A stretch of DNA of 64,000 nt. It comes from Pristiophorus japonicus (lineage: Eukaryota). Positions within the stretch are counted from its first letter, which is position 1. Each line of letters begins with the position of its first letter. The translations under genes and the position numbers were made by a program. The notes beneath the pieces were generated by a model, which was not told the origin of the DNA, did no database searches, and saw only the letters and a list, made by a program, of their open reading frames with translations. Location: assembly GCF_044704955.1 (NCBI RefSeq), contig NC_091984.1:177630001-177694000 (forward strand), written 5' to 3'. Shown here piece after piece: positions 1-12,789 of the stretch.

Positions 1-2405
1 AGGAGGATTTCCTGGAGTGTATTAGGGATGGTTTTCGAGGCCAATATGTCGAGGAACCAACGAGAGGGCTAGCCATCCTAGACTGGGTAATGTGTAATGA
101 GAAAGACTAATTAGCAATCTTGTTGTGCGAGGCCCCTTAGGGAAGAGTGACCATAATATGGTACAATTCTTTATTAAGATGGAGAGTGACACAGTTAATT
201 CAGAGACTCGGGTCCTGAACTTAAGGAAAGGTAACTTCGATGGTATGAGGCGTGAATTGGCTGGAATAGACTGGCAAATGATACTTAAAGGGTTGACAGG
301 CAATGGCAAACATTTAAAGATCACATGGATGAACTTCAACAATTCTACATCCCTGTCTGGAGTAAAAATAAAACTGGGAAGGTGGCTCAACCGCGGCTAA
401 CAAGGGAAATTAAGGATAGTGTTAAATCCAAGGAAGAGGCATATAAATTGGGCAGAAAAAGCAGCAACCCTGAGGACTGGGAGAAATTTAGAATTCGGCA
501 GAGGAGGAAAAAGGATTTAATTAGGAGGGGGAAAATAGAGTATGAGAGGAAGCTTGCCGGGATCATAAGAACATAAAAAGACTGCAAAAGCTTCTATAGA
601 TATGTGAAGAGAAAAAGATTAATGAAGACAAATGTAGGTCCCTTGCAGTCAGATTCAGGTGAATTTATAATGGGGAACAAAGAAATGGCAGACCAGTTGA
701 ACAAATACTTTGGTTCTGTCTTCACGAAGTACTAGGGGACCAAGGGTCTAGTGACAAGGAGGAACTGAAGGATATCCTTATTAGGCGGAAAATTGTGTTA
801 GGGAAATTGAGCGGATTGAAGGTTGATAAATCTCCGGGGCCTGATAGTCTGCATCCCAGAGTACCTAAGGAAGTGGCCCTAGAAATAGTGGCTGCATTGG
901 TGATCATTTTCCAACAGTCTATCGACTCTGGATCAGTTACTATGGACTCGAGGATAGCTAATGTAACACTACTTTTTAAAACAGAAGGGAGAGAAAAAAC
1001 AGGTAATTATAAACTGGTTAGACTGACATCAGTAGTGGGGAAAATGTTGGAATAAATGATTAAAGATAAAATAGTAACGCATTTGGAAAACAGTGACAGG
1101 ATCGGTCCAAGTCAGCATGGATTTATGAAAGGGAAATCATGCTTGACAAATCTTCTGGAATTTTTTGAGGATGTAACTAGTAGGGTGGACAAGGGAGAAC
1201 CAGTGGATGTGGTGTATTTGGACTTTCAAAAAGCTTTTGACAAGGTCCCACACAAGAGATTGGTGTGCAAAATCAAAGCACATGGTATTGGAGGTAATTT
1301 ACTGACATGGATAGAGAATTGGTTGGCAGACAGGAAGCAGAGAGTTGGGATAAACGGGTCCTTTTCAGAATGGTAGTCAGTGACTAGTGGGGTGCCGCAG
1401 GGCTCAGTGATGGGACCCCAGCTCTTTACAATATACATTAATGATTTAGATGAAGGAATTGAGTGTAACATCTCCAAGTTTGCAGAGGACACTAAACTGG
1501 GTGGCAGTGTGAGCTGTGAGGAGGACGCTAAGAGGCTGCAGGGTGACTTGGACAGGTTAGGTGAGTAGGCAAATGCATGGCAGATGCAGTATAATGTGGA
1601 TAAATGTGAGGTTATCCACTTTGTGGGCAAAAACACCAAGGCAGAATATTATTTGAATGGCGGCAGATTAGGAAAAGGGGAGATGCAACAAGACCTGGGT
1701 GTCATGGTTCATCAGTCATTGAAAGTTGGCATGCAGGTACAGGAGGCGGTGAAGAAGGCAAATGGTATGTTGGCCTTCATAGGTAGGTGATTTGAGTATA
1801 GGAGCAGGGAGGTCTTACTGCAGTTGTACAGGGCCTTGGTGAAGCCTCACCTGGAATATTGTGTTCAGTTTTGGTTTCCTAATGTGAGCAAGGACATTGT
1901 TGCTATTGAGGGAGTGCAGCGAAGGTTCACCAGACTGAATCCCGGGATGGCTGGACTGACATATGAGGAGAGACTGGATCAACTGGGCCTTTATACACTG
2001 GAGTTTAGAAGGATGAGAGGGGATCTCATAGAAACATATAAGATTCTGACGGAACTGGACAGGTTAGATGCGGGAAGAATGTTCCCGATGTTGGGGAAGT
2101 CCAGAACCAGGGGACACAGTCTTAGGATAAGGGGTAGGCCATTTAGGACTGAGATGAGGAGAAACTTCTTCACTCAGAGAGTTGTTAACCTGTGGAATTC
2201 CCTACCACAGAGAGTTGTTGATGCCAGTTCATTGGATATATTCAAGAGGGAGTTAGATAAGGCCCTTATGGCTAAAGGTATCAAGGGGTATGGAGAGAAA
2301 GCAGGAAAGGGGTACTGAGGGAATGATCAGCCATGATATTATTGTATGGTGGTGCAGGCTCGAAGGGCTGAATGGCCTACTCCTGCACCTATTTTCTATG
2401 TTTCT
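1..2405 (+). mobile_element. CR1-clade LINE, ORF2 (endonuclease C-terminus + RT) with stops and frameshifts; 5' part lies outside the window
   Basis: ORF fragments carry CR1 ORF2 motifs: [48 protein letters not shown] and RRNFFTQRVVNLWNSLP. The 3' UTR ends in a ttctatgtttcta tail. Confidence 0.95.
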
Positions 2406-2406
2406 A

Positions 2407-4267
2407 CGTAACATTCCTCCCTGATGTTCACTGACAGTGCATCAGCTACCTGCGACATTCCCTCCCTCATGTGCACTGACGTTGTTTCCGCTGCCTGAGG
2501 CATTCCCTCCGTCATGTTTCCGGACAGTGTTCCCATTTCTCATGAGAGTGTTGTTACTTCTCCCATCAGTCCTGATTCCTCATCAGCCACCCCACTGATG
2601 GTGTCCAGGAGTGATCGCGTAAGTTCAATGCTCTCCACATTCATTGCCATCATGTGAACCACATCTGTTAGATCCTGCACCTCAGGAGAGCGCTGTCAAG
2701 CTCTCCTTCCCCTCCTCACTCTGGGTGAGGCTCGCAGCATCCCACTGGGACCCGCAGCCTCGGATGGTGGGGCCCTGGGTGTGTCTCACTCATCCCACTG
2801 GGACCCACAACCTCGGACGGTGGGGCCCTGGGTGTGTCTTGCTGCATCCCACTGGGACCCGCAGCCTAGAATGATGGGGCCTTGGGTGTGCCCCACTGCA
2901 ACCCACTGGAATCCCTAGCCTCGGACTGTGGGAAACCATGGAATGTCCCAGCAACACTCGTACCACTAAGGAAAGGGGCTGGCAGCTCAATGGACGGCAC
3001 CTGCACCTTGTCCAAAGTGAGTACAACAGTGGGGGCGTTATCCATCCCCTCCCCCTCCCCCTCACCCTCATGCTCTTAGTCTGGAAGGTGGGATTGGATG
3101 ATGTTCTCCTCTTCAGGCTCGGCCACGTCTGAATCTTCAGCTGCATCGTCAGGGTTGGCCTCAAGGTTTGCAAAATATAACAGAACAGTTAAATGGTTAG
3201 CAGCAGAGGAGGGGGCAGGGTGGGATGAGTAGGCTCACATAGCGCAGGCAGCAGGCTGATTTGAAGGACCACGATGAATGATAGCACATTGCATCAACCG
3301 AAGCTTGGCTGATGGAGACATCCCCATGAACCGAAGATTGGCTTGCCCCCATAGTACTTAACATTTAGCAAAGCCAGACTGTGCAGACTGTGGGATTTGC
3401 AGGACTTATCCTCTCTCTCGAGCGTGGGCCCAGCTTGTGCAGTGGTGGTTGCTTTTTTCCAGGCAGGACCCATCAAAGCAGCGACCCTCTCTTCCAAGGG
3501 TGTCAGTGGCTGCAGATTTGCCGGGCCTCCTCCTGTTCGAGTTCTTTCCCATTTGTTGTATGCCATCTTCCTCTGCAAAGATGAAAATATAACTTTTTAG
3601 AGAGGGTGTCTTTCTGCTGGGTGGGACATTTACAACTGGTCACATTTACAATTGCAATTCCAGTGAATAAATGAAAATATTACTTACAATAACGACTTGA
3701 GCAAGGTCCTGCCACTTCTTTTTGCCTCCAGACCTTGAGGTGGTCACCATTGCACAGTAATCTTCTGCAAGTTGGCTACAGCATTTCTTCACTTCTTTTG
3801 GTGGAACATTTATGTGACCTCTGCTGGTGTCCAGCTCATGCCATCTGGCCTCAATCGCAATAACTAGTGCCTCCACTTCATCCTGTAAGATATTCTTGGT
3901 CCTTGAGCCGTGTTGCATCTTGTATTGCAGCTCCGATTTTTCCAATGAGAATTAAAGTTTTCACACACAACTGGCGCTTTAAAAATGGCTGAATGCAGAC
4001 TGAGAACTGTACTGGGCATGCGCGTCCATAGGAATAATGTCAAAAACGTCCTTTTTTTTCGTGCATGCGCAGATGGGGGCTGCATCGTTTTTTTCGGCGC
4101 AGACAATAAGCTCCACCCCCCGAAGCTACAGGGCAGGCTGCGCAGCGCCAATTTCAAAAAATAGAATAGGGAAACTTGCTACTTTTTTTCTGGAGTAGTA
4201 GGGGCCAAGAAAAACGGGCGTAACTCTGGCAATACGCCAAAAAAAGGCACTGGGGAAAATTGAGCCC
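2407..4267 (-). mobile_element. Harbinger (PIF/Harbinger) transposon fragment carrying a degraded three-exon Myb/SANT-like gene; truncated on the left by the CR1
   Basis: Minus-strand peptides EVEALVIAIEARWHELDTSRGHINVPPKE..KKWQDL and RKMAYNKWERTRTGGGPANL are paralogous to the Myb gene at 52544. The element ends in the TIR-like ggaaaattgagccc at 4267. Confidence 0.85.
2738..2935. repeat. ~54-bp tandem repeat (about 4 units) in the low-complexity exon of the Harbinger Myb-like gene
   Basis: The motif ca(t/a)cccactgg recurs at 2738, 2791, 2845 and 2899. Confidence 0.85.
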
Positions 4268-4666
4268 AGTGCAACAGGCGGAGTTTTGCTGGTGGGTCAT
4301 GGGTGGGGTGGGGCGCGGCAGTGGGCGGTCGTAAGGAAACCTTTGATCATGACTTGCATTCAGATTCTAAATAGGTTTGCAAAGATTCACTCTAGAGGAA
4401 TTGTAAAGATGTTTTAAATTTATTCTTTGCGCTTTGTCTGGTAGTACTGAATAGCCGATATCTTACTGCATACATTTACGATGCCTCCACATAACAGCCA
4501 GAAAAGTCCAGTCTCCCGTGACCCCACCACCTCTGGTGAGCAAATGATTTCATTTATCTCACAGTTTACTAAAAGCCGCAGACACTGTCTAGACTCACAC
4601 GTAAACAAATGATTTTGTGCGCAATGTATTGGCCGGTTGTTAGGGTACAGAATTATACAGCAACAT

Positions 4667-4787
4667 GGGTAGAAATTGGTCTGAGCGGTCTGATATTAAC
4701 AGTGGAAACGAATATTGGGTGGAGGGTATAACTGGCAGTCCATACCATACCGCCCGTTTTACGCGTTTGCTACAGACCAATTTCTAA
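4667..4787. mobile_element. Short MITE (probably Harbinger-derived)
   Basis: Inverted ends gggtagaaattggtctg ... cagaccaatttcta. Confidence 0.55.
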
Positions 4788-4896
4788 ATGAGTCACAGAC
4801 AAGCAATGTCGACTGGTTCAAGCGCAAACCGACACATATCTTCTTAGGGTTCAGTAATGTAACAGCACGTAAGTCTATCGGAGTATCAATACTTGC

Positions 4897-5010
4897 TTGC
4901 AATAATGGCCATTGCTGTCACAACTACGAGGCAAGAAAGGCAGAATGTAAGAATAATGCAGAGATTTCTGTCTCTATTTCTTGGTCCTGTCAATCGAGCC
5001 CAGTTGAATC
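4897..5010 (-). CDS. Gene A transmembrane exon (GFNWARLTGPRNRDRNLCIILTFCLSCLVVVTAMAIIA)
   Basis: Acceptor ttctcacttag|GA. The exon is 114 nt, phase 1-1 if the CAA|gcaagt donor is used. Basic residues precede a 21-aa hydrophobic stretch (type II topology), and a lectin gene lies on the same strand nearby. Confidence 0.7.
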
Positions 5011-5116
5011 CTAAGTGAGAATATAGAAATAAAGCAAACTTAAACAATGAAGAAATGAACGATAAAACAGTTTTTACAAAATTAAAATCTATATAGGTTT
5101 TAATACTATTAATTAC

Positions 5117-5195
5117 CTTTGTTGATGAATAGATAGTTTTCACTGTCATATGTGTGTAAACTCTGGATGGTGTCTGTAGAAGGTCCTTCGTCCAT
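5117..5195 (-). CDS. Type II C-type lectin receptor gene A, cytoplasmic-tail exon (MDEGPSTDTIQSLHTYDSENYLFINK)
   Basis: ATG at 5195, 26 open codons plus 1 nt, then donor AAG|gtaatt. It joins in phase with the TM exon and contains a YxxPhi motif (YLFI). The exon may extend further 5'. Confidence 0.65.
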
Positions 5196-5873
5196 TGTAC
5201 TTGATTGATTCACATTTGCGAATGTAACTGGAACTGTTGAACCTATGTGGTTTCAATGCTGAAATCAAATGCCCTGTGTAAATATATACATATAATTTTG
5301 CTGTCTCAACGATTCTCACATGGGGATTTTATGAATTACAGATGCACTGAGGAAAAAAAAACTTTTACAGTACAGCACAGTGAAAGGAACTGAAACTGTG
5401 AGTGTAACCAATGCATTTGCACTGAAGAAGACCTATACTGCTGAACCAAAGTAAGGTTCAGCCAAACTTGAACTACCACAGCCTTAGAAGTCATGAGCCC
5501 TGTGGACAAGGTCATGATTGAGTTTTAGGCGCCGTCGCTGTTTTATTTTTTTCAGTAACCCGAGGCAAATTCGTTCTCATCCGGAAAGCAATCAAGTCCT
5601 CACCAACTACTGTTAACGGCCGCCCCAAATGGATGTCGCACAAAATGAGGTAAATTGATGTGGGGGCATGGTGGTAGCTGGAGCAGCACAAACCTTAAGT
5701 GCAACGCCGTCCTGGTGGTGTTGCACGAGGGATCCGGGACCAATCTGTAGTCCTGGTGCGGCGTTGCTGCTTCGCCGTGCGTTTGTGTGCGAGGCTGTGA
5801 AGCTCGCAACGCATAGTGGGCAGTGAGGATCTCTGAAATTTAAAGGCCCATACATATTGAAGCAAAGGAAAAT

Positions 5874-8490
5874 AAACATAGAAACATAGAAAATAGGTGC
5901 AGGAGCAGGCCATTCGGCCCTTCAAGCCTGCACCGCCATTCAATATGATCATGGCTGATCATGCAACTTCAGTACCCACCTCTGCCTTCTCTCCATGATC
6001 CCTTTAGCCATAAGGGCCACATCCAACTCCCTTTTGAATATATCCAATGAAATGGACTACATGCTTTCTGTGGCAGAGAATTCCACAGGTTCACAATTCT
6101 CTGGGTGAAAAAGTTTCTCCTCATCTCGGTCGTATATAACTTACCCCTTATCCTTAGACTGTGACCCCTGGTGCTGGACTTCCCCAACATCGGGAACATT
6201 CTTCCTGCATCTAACCTGTCCAGTCCCGTCAGAATTTTATACGTTTCTATGAGATCCCCACTTATTCTTCTAAATTCCAGTGAGTATAAGCCTAGCCAAT
6301 CCAGTCTTTCCTCATATATCAGTCCTGCCATCCCGGGAATCAGTCTGGTGAACCTTCACTGCACTCCCTCAATAGCAAGCACATCCTTCCTCAGATTATG
6401 AGACCAAAACTGCACACAATACTCAAGGTCTGGTCTCACCAAGGCCCTCTACAACTGCAGCAAGACCTCCCTGCTCCTATACTCAAATCCCCTTGCTATG
6501 AAGGCCAGCATGCCATTTGCTTTCTTTACTGCCTGCTGTACCTGCATGCTTACCTTCAATGACACCCAGGTCTCGCTGCACCTCCCGTTTTAGTAATCTG
6601 TCACCATTCAGATAATAATCTGCCTTCCTGTTTTTGCCACCAAAGTGGATAACCTCACATTTATCCACATTACACAGCATCTGCCATGCATTTGCCCATT
6701 CACCTAACCTGTCCAAGTCCCCCTGCAGCCTCTTAGCATCCTCCTCGCAGCTTGCACTGCCACCCAGCTTAGTGTCATCTGCAAACTTGGAGATATTACA
6801 TTCAATTCCTTCATCTAAATCATTAATGTATATTATAAATAGCTGGGGTCCCAGCACTGAACCCTGCGGTAGCCACTAGTCACTGCCTGCCATTCTGAAA
6901 AGGACACGATTATTCCCACTCTTTGCTTCCTCGGTCCTCTTGTATTTTCGGGAGGTTATTCGTGTCTTCCTTAGTGAAGACAGAACCAAAGTATATGTTC
7001 AACTGGTCTGCCATTTCCTTGTTCCCCATTATGAATTCACCTGATTCTGACTGCAAGGGACCTACATTAGTCTTCATTAATCTTTTTCTCTTCACATATC
7101 TATAGAAGCTTTTGCAGTCAGTTTTTATGTTCCCTGCAAGCTTACTCTCATACTCTATTTTCCCCCTCCTAATTAAACTCTTAGTCTTCCTCTGCTGAAT
7201 CCTAAATGTCTCCCATTCCTCAGGTTTGCTGCTTTTTCTGGCCAATTTATATGCCTCTTTCTTGAATTTAACACTTTCCCTAATTTCACTTATTAGCCAC
7301 ACCTGTGCCACCTTTCTTTTTTTTATTTTTATGTCACACAGGGATGTACAATTGTTGTAGTTCATCCATGTGATCTTTAAATGTCTGCCATTGCCTATCC
7401 ACCATCAACCCTTTAAGTATCATTCGCCAGTCTATCCTAGCCAGTTCACATCTCATACCGTCGAAGTTTCCTTTCTTTAAGTTCAGGACCCGAGTCTATG
7501 AATTAACTGTGTCACTCTCCATCTTAATGAAGAATTCTACCATATTATGGTCACTCTTCCCCAAAGGGCCTCGTATGACCAGATTGCTAATTAATCCTCT
7601 TTCGTTACACAAGACCCAGTCTAGGATGACCTGCTTTCTAGTTGGTTCCTCGACATATTGGTCTAGAAAACCATCCCTTATACATTCCAGGAAATCCTAC
7701 TTCACAGTATTGCTGTCAGTTTAGTTAGCCCAATCAATATGTAGATTAAAGTCGCCCATGAGAACTGCTGTATCCTTATTGCATGTGTCCCTAATTTCCT
7801 GTTTGATGCCATCCCCAACCTCCCTACTACTGTTTGGTGGTCTGTACACAACTCCCACTAACGCTTTCTGCCCTTTGGTGTTTCTCAGCTCTACTCATAT
7901 AGATTCCACATCATCCATGCTAATGTCCTTCCTTACTATTGCGTTAATCTCCTCTTTAACCAGTAACGCTACCCCACCTCCTTTTCCTTCCTGTCTATCT
8001 TTCGTGAATATTGAGTACCCCTGGATATTGAGTTCCCAGCCTTGGTCACCTTGGAGCCATGTCTCCATAATCCCAATTACATCATATCCGTTAACATCTA
8101 TCTGTGCAGTTAATTCATTCACCTTATTACGAATGCTCCTTGCATTGAGACTCAGAGCCTTCAGGCTTGTTTTTTTAACACTCTTTGTCCTTTTAGAATT
8201 CTGTTGTAATGTGGCCCTTTTTGATTTTTGCCCTTGTTTTCTCTGCCCTCCACTCTTGCTTTTCTCCTTCCTACTTTTTGCTTCTGCCCCCTTTTTACTT
8301 CCCTCTGCCGCCCTGCATAGATTCCCAAACCCCTGCCATTTTAGTTTAAACCCTCCCCAACAGCACTAGCAAACACTCCACCTATGTCATCGGTTCTGGT
8401 CCTGCCCAGGTAAAGACTGTCCAGTTTGTACTGGTCCCACCTCCCCTAGAACCGGTTCTCACCCCCTTGCACCATTCCTCAAGCCACATA
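5874..8490 (-). mobile_element. CR1 LINE, 5'-truncated in ORF1, with a ~0.6-kb internal deletion near 6931
   Basis: Tail aaacatagaaacatagaaaatagg at 5874. RT (KFADDTK) and endonuclease (GIMETWL, GGGVALLVK) fragments are present. The segment equivalent to ~17052-17640 of the long copy is missing. Confidence 0.92.
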
Positions 8491-8944
8491 TAAAATGCAC
8501 TGATTCAATACATTCTTCAGCCCTTTCTGTCTTTTAACAAATAATCAATATTTAAAAGTTCCAATTGCCAATATTCAGCACTTAAAGCTGAATTACCTTC
8601 CCAAACTCAACAAATGGAAACACAGCCTCAGTGCTACCACAAATGGCTCAGCAAGCCAGGGAAGGGGCACTCAGGTTCTCGGACACAGCATTCTAGCTTT
8701 GTGTAGGTGGTCAACACTGCAAAACAGGTCCTCTACCCACAGGGACCAGGAGGCCCCCCAGAAAGAACAATGTGGGAGTACATTACCAAGGCCATCAATG
8801 CCAGCAGTGTCAACCCCACCACCTGGCTCCTGTGCCCAAAGAAGCTCTATGACCTCAGACTAGTCAAGGTCAGTGAATGCATCTTCAAAAGACATCACTT
8901 ACCAACTGAACCACTAGCCTCACACACTGCTCAATGCAAGACCC

Positions 8945-9512
8945 CTTGGTTAAGATCACATTTAGACTAGTGCGTACAGTTCTGGTCGCCATATTATAAG
9001 AAGGATATAGAGGCACTGGAGAGGGTGCAGAGATGATTTACAAGGATAATACCAGAAATGTGAGGGTATACATCTCAGGAAAGGATGAATAGGCTGGGTC
9101 ACTTTTCTCTTGAAAAAAGAAGGCTGAAGAGTGACCTAATAGAGGTCTTTAAAATTATGAAAGGTTTTGATAGGGTGGATACAGAATGTTTCCACTTGTT
9201 GGGAAGAGCATAACTGGAGCATCAATATAAGATAGTCACCAAGAAATCCAATAGAGAATTCGGAAGAAAATTCTTTACCCAAAGAGTGGTGCGAATGTGG
9301 AACTCAATATCAGAGGGAGTGGTTGAAGCGAATAGTGTAGATGCATTTAAGGGGAGGCTAGACAAGCATATGAGGGAGAAGGGAATAGAAAGTTATGCTG
9401 ATAGATTTAGATGAGGAAATACAGGAGGAGGCTCGAATGGAGCATAAATGCTGGCACGGACTGGTTGGATCGAATGGCCTCTTTATGTGCCATATATCCT
9501 ATGTAATCCTAT
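8945..9512 (+). mobile_element. Older CR1-type 3' fragment
   Basis: Degenerate CVQFWSP..RKFFTQRVVRMWNS coding sequence; tail atcctatgtaatcctatg. Confidence 0.8.
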
Positions 9513-10059
9513 GACCTGCTGAGTATTCAGAGCATGTTCTGTCTTCAAGGCCTTTACTTACCATCCGAGCCATTGCAAGCATCCAGCAGCACTGCCAAAA
9601 CACTTAAAACGTTTTTCCCCTCTATTCCAGCAAGCTACCACTTCAATAAAATAAAACAACCCAGTCCAAACCTTTCTATTCAAACTTACCCAACTGAAGT
9701 GTGTGTCCCTTTAATAGCTGCAGATATTGCCTCTGTCAGCGTCTGTCAGCCTGTTTGCACACCCGGTTAAATAGGTATGCTTAGCACCCAGCGCTGACTT
9801 GAGTGCTAGTGCCGAAGTTCGCAGGGTGACTTCAAGTCGGCGTTGCATGCCGACTTGATGTCACCATGCTGCCATTTTTTTTAGGGTGCTGCCGAGGATG
9901 ACCAATACAGCGATGCCCACCGGGACCGCCTCCAATTGGTGCAAAAGCAGTACCACCATTTATTCATGCATCGCTGGCGCTATCAGGTGGCGGTAAGGGC
10001 ATCAATTTCTCGCCCAATTACCTTAACTACATTGACCCCGTCAGGCTAGATTTTGATAC

Positions 10060-10143
10060 ACCAGCCTTTGGAGTGGAACTTGAACTCACAACCATTCTGA
10101 CTCTGAGGCGAGGGTGCTACCCATTGAGTCATGGCTGACACAC
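10060..10143 (-). mobile_element. tRNA-derived SINE head
   Basis: The minus strand reads gtgtcagccatgactcaatgg (A-box-like) ... gagttcaagttcc (B-box-like). Confidence 0.55.
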
Positions 10144-10519
10144 TATCAGAAACTCTTGAAATATATATATTGTCCCTCACTCCTAACGACACAGAGTTCA
10201 GATGTTTATATCCAGGCCAACTCGCTTGCAGTGTAAGTCCAAGGACGGCTTGTGATTTTTCGGCAGATGATTTTCATGATTTTTTTTATCTGGGATAGCG
10301 ATTTGAAAGATTGCTCATCCTTTAACAATGTAGAACAATTTCAGCAATAAATCCCCACATATAACAGGACTTCTTTTAAAAACAAATCATTGGGCTATGA
10401 CACACTGTTGGGATGAAGTAGGGGGAGTTGTACGCTATTCCTGGCTGTCATTGATGGTGACATGTGGCGACAACATTCATAAGAACTACTTCACGCCCAA
10501 GGTTGACATCTTGTAGTAT

Positions 10520-10995
10520 GCTGACCCACTCCGACCCTCTGTCCTCAGCCTCCTACACTGTTCTAATGAAGCTCAATGGAAGCTCAAGGAACAGCACCTT
10601 GTCATTCGATTAACCACTTTGCAGCCTTCCAGACTCAACTTTGAGTTCAAGAATTCCAGATTGCAACCAGTGCTCTTATTTTTAGGGGGGACAAAAGCTG
10701 CTGGTAATTATTATATTCTTGCCATTTGCAACTCCTCTAGACCCATCTTTTGTTTCTTTACTTGTCCCATTAACACCCCTTTTGCCCTGCACTATCATCC
10801 ATTTTGTCATTTACTCTCTGCTGTCTTCCAGCCTATCACAGAAATTCCCTTTTGTTTTTCCTTCCCATGCCCCTTTCCCTGTTACATCTCTAAATGTTTC
10901 CAGTTCTATGAAAGGTCATCAACCTGAAATGTTAACTCTATTTCTCTCTCCACAGATGCTGACTGACTTGCTGAGTATTTCCAGCATTTTCTGTG
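10520..10995 (+). mobile_element. Penelope-like element 3' end (GIY-YIG C-terminus + pseudo-LTR)
   Basis: Codes LLHCSNEAQWKLKEQHLVIRLTTLQPSRLNFEF, typical of the PLE endonuclease tail. This is followed by a pyrimidine-rich spacer and a degenerate hammerhead-like motif at 10901-10937. Confidence 0.7.
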
Positions 10996-11940
10996 TTAAA
11001 TTAAGAAAAAAAACAGTTTCGATGCTTGAAATATAGCAGCACAGAGGTAAAATTAATGTTTATTTTGAGCTTTCAAGTAAATTGTATTTTGAATACTGCA
11101 ATTGTTCCCATATATAGCAAATGATATGGAATTAAAAGCTGGCATCAACTGATTGGGCTACTACTGCTTGTGCTTAACTGTTCTAATAGCGAAAAATTGG
11201 TGACATGCAAAAAATAGGTAGGACTAATCAGCTTGAAGCTACCTTTTAATTCCAGGTTGTTTACTATATGTGGGAATAACTACAGTATTATTTTAAGACA
11301 TTGACGAATGATATGAACTTATAGCCAAGTATTGCCAGAAATGGCATCTTGAATCAGAGTGTGTCCTCCATCTTTTGTACATTTGTACAATGCCAGTGGC
11401 TCTCTTCAACTCACTATCATCCTAAATGTTAAATTTCAGCATGATGCTCATCCAGTCTAATGAGTGTCACATTCCACTTGTCACTAACCTACAAACACCA
11501 CCTAAAAACGACTGAGAAAGTAGAAACCCGAAATAACAACATGCCGATTCTGCTCCTCAGATTGCTGAACCAGCTGCTAAAGGAAGTTGCCTCAACTCAA
11601 GTATATTTGGAACAGCAGTTGACTATTAATCCCATCGAGGTTGTTCTGCCACTCAGTGACAACATGCTGATCTGCATCCTAACTCCATTTGGCTCCATAT
11701 CCCTTAATACCCTTATTATCTTATCAAAGTATAACATTGTCCGCGGCAATCTGGCCTGTCAGTAACTGCATCAAAGTTGGAAATTCACCTCGAACTGTAG
11801 AAACACATTCAAAATTGATAGCTGTCTTGCCAACTTTTGTGGTCAGCCACTTGCCTGACAGGCACATGAGTAGATTTAAGATTTTTGAAACTAAGCTATT
11901 GGAAAGTCCAGGTAAATAGAGTTTTAATTTCCATGATATA

Positions 11941-12770
11941 AAACAACAACTTGTTTTTATATAGCACCTTTAACATAGTAAAACATCCCAAGACCCTTTA
12001 TAGGAGTCTTATATAATAAAATTTGACACATACGGAGAAATGAGGACAGATAGCCAAAAGCTTGGTCAAAGAGGTAGGTGTTAAGGAGTGTCTTAAAGGA
12101 GCAAAGAGTGGTAAAGAGGTGGAGAGGTTTTGGGAGGGAATTTTAGAGATTAGGGTCCTGGCAGCTGAAGGCACAGCCACCAATGATTGAGCGATTAAAA
12201 TCAAGGATGGTCAATGGCCACAATTGGAGGAATGCAGATATCTCGGAGGATTGTGGGGCTGGAGGAGATTACAGAGATAGGGAGGAGCGAGGCCATGGAG
12301 AGATTTGAAATCTAATATGAAAATGTAGGTCAGTGAGTACGGGGGTGATGGGTGAGCAGGACTTGGCGCGAGTTAGGACACGGGCAGCCGAGTTTTGGAT
12401 CACCTCTAGTTTACGTAGGGTAGAATGTGGTAGGCCAGCCAGGAGTGCGTTGGAATAGTCAAGTCTAGAGGTAACAAAGGCATGGATGAGGGTTTCAGCA
12501 GCAGAAGAGCTGAGGCAAGGGTGGAGATGGGCAATGTTACCGAGGTGGAAATAGGCGTTTTTTGTTATACCGCAGATGTAGTCCGAAGCTCATTTCAGGA
12601 TGAAATATGACACCAAGGTTGCAAATAGTCTGGTTCAGCCTCAGACAAATGTTAGGGAGAGGTGGATGGAGTCAGTGGCTAGGGAATGGGGTCGTGACGG
12701 GGACCGAAAACAATGGCGTCGGTCTTCCCAATATTTAATTGGAGAAAATTATTGCTCATCCAGAACTGAA
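11941..12770 (-). mobile_element. L2-clade LINE 3' fragment
   Basis: On the minus strand it ends ...gtgctatataaaaacaagttgttgttt, an L2-type tail. Degenerate RLDYSNALLAGLP coding sequence lies near 12430-12470. Confidence 0.75.
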
Positions 12771-12789
12771 TGCAGGACAAGCACAGCAT

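Larger units (their letters stand above)
5640..10015. mobile_element. Non-autonomous Harbinger-type element (family B), interrupted by two LINE insertions
   Basis: Segments 5640-5870 and 8490-10015 align with the element at 21162-23306. A Myb-like remnant at ~8640-8870 reads RFSD...TMWEYITKAINASSVNPTTWLLCPKK. The terminus is atcaatttctcgccc. Confidence 0.6.
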
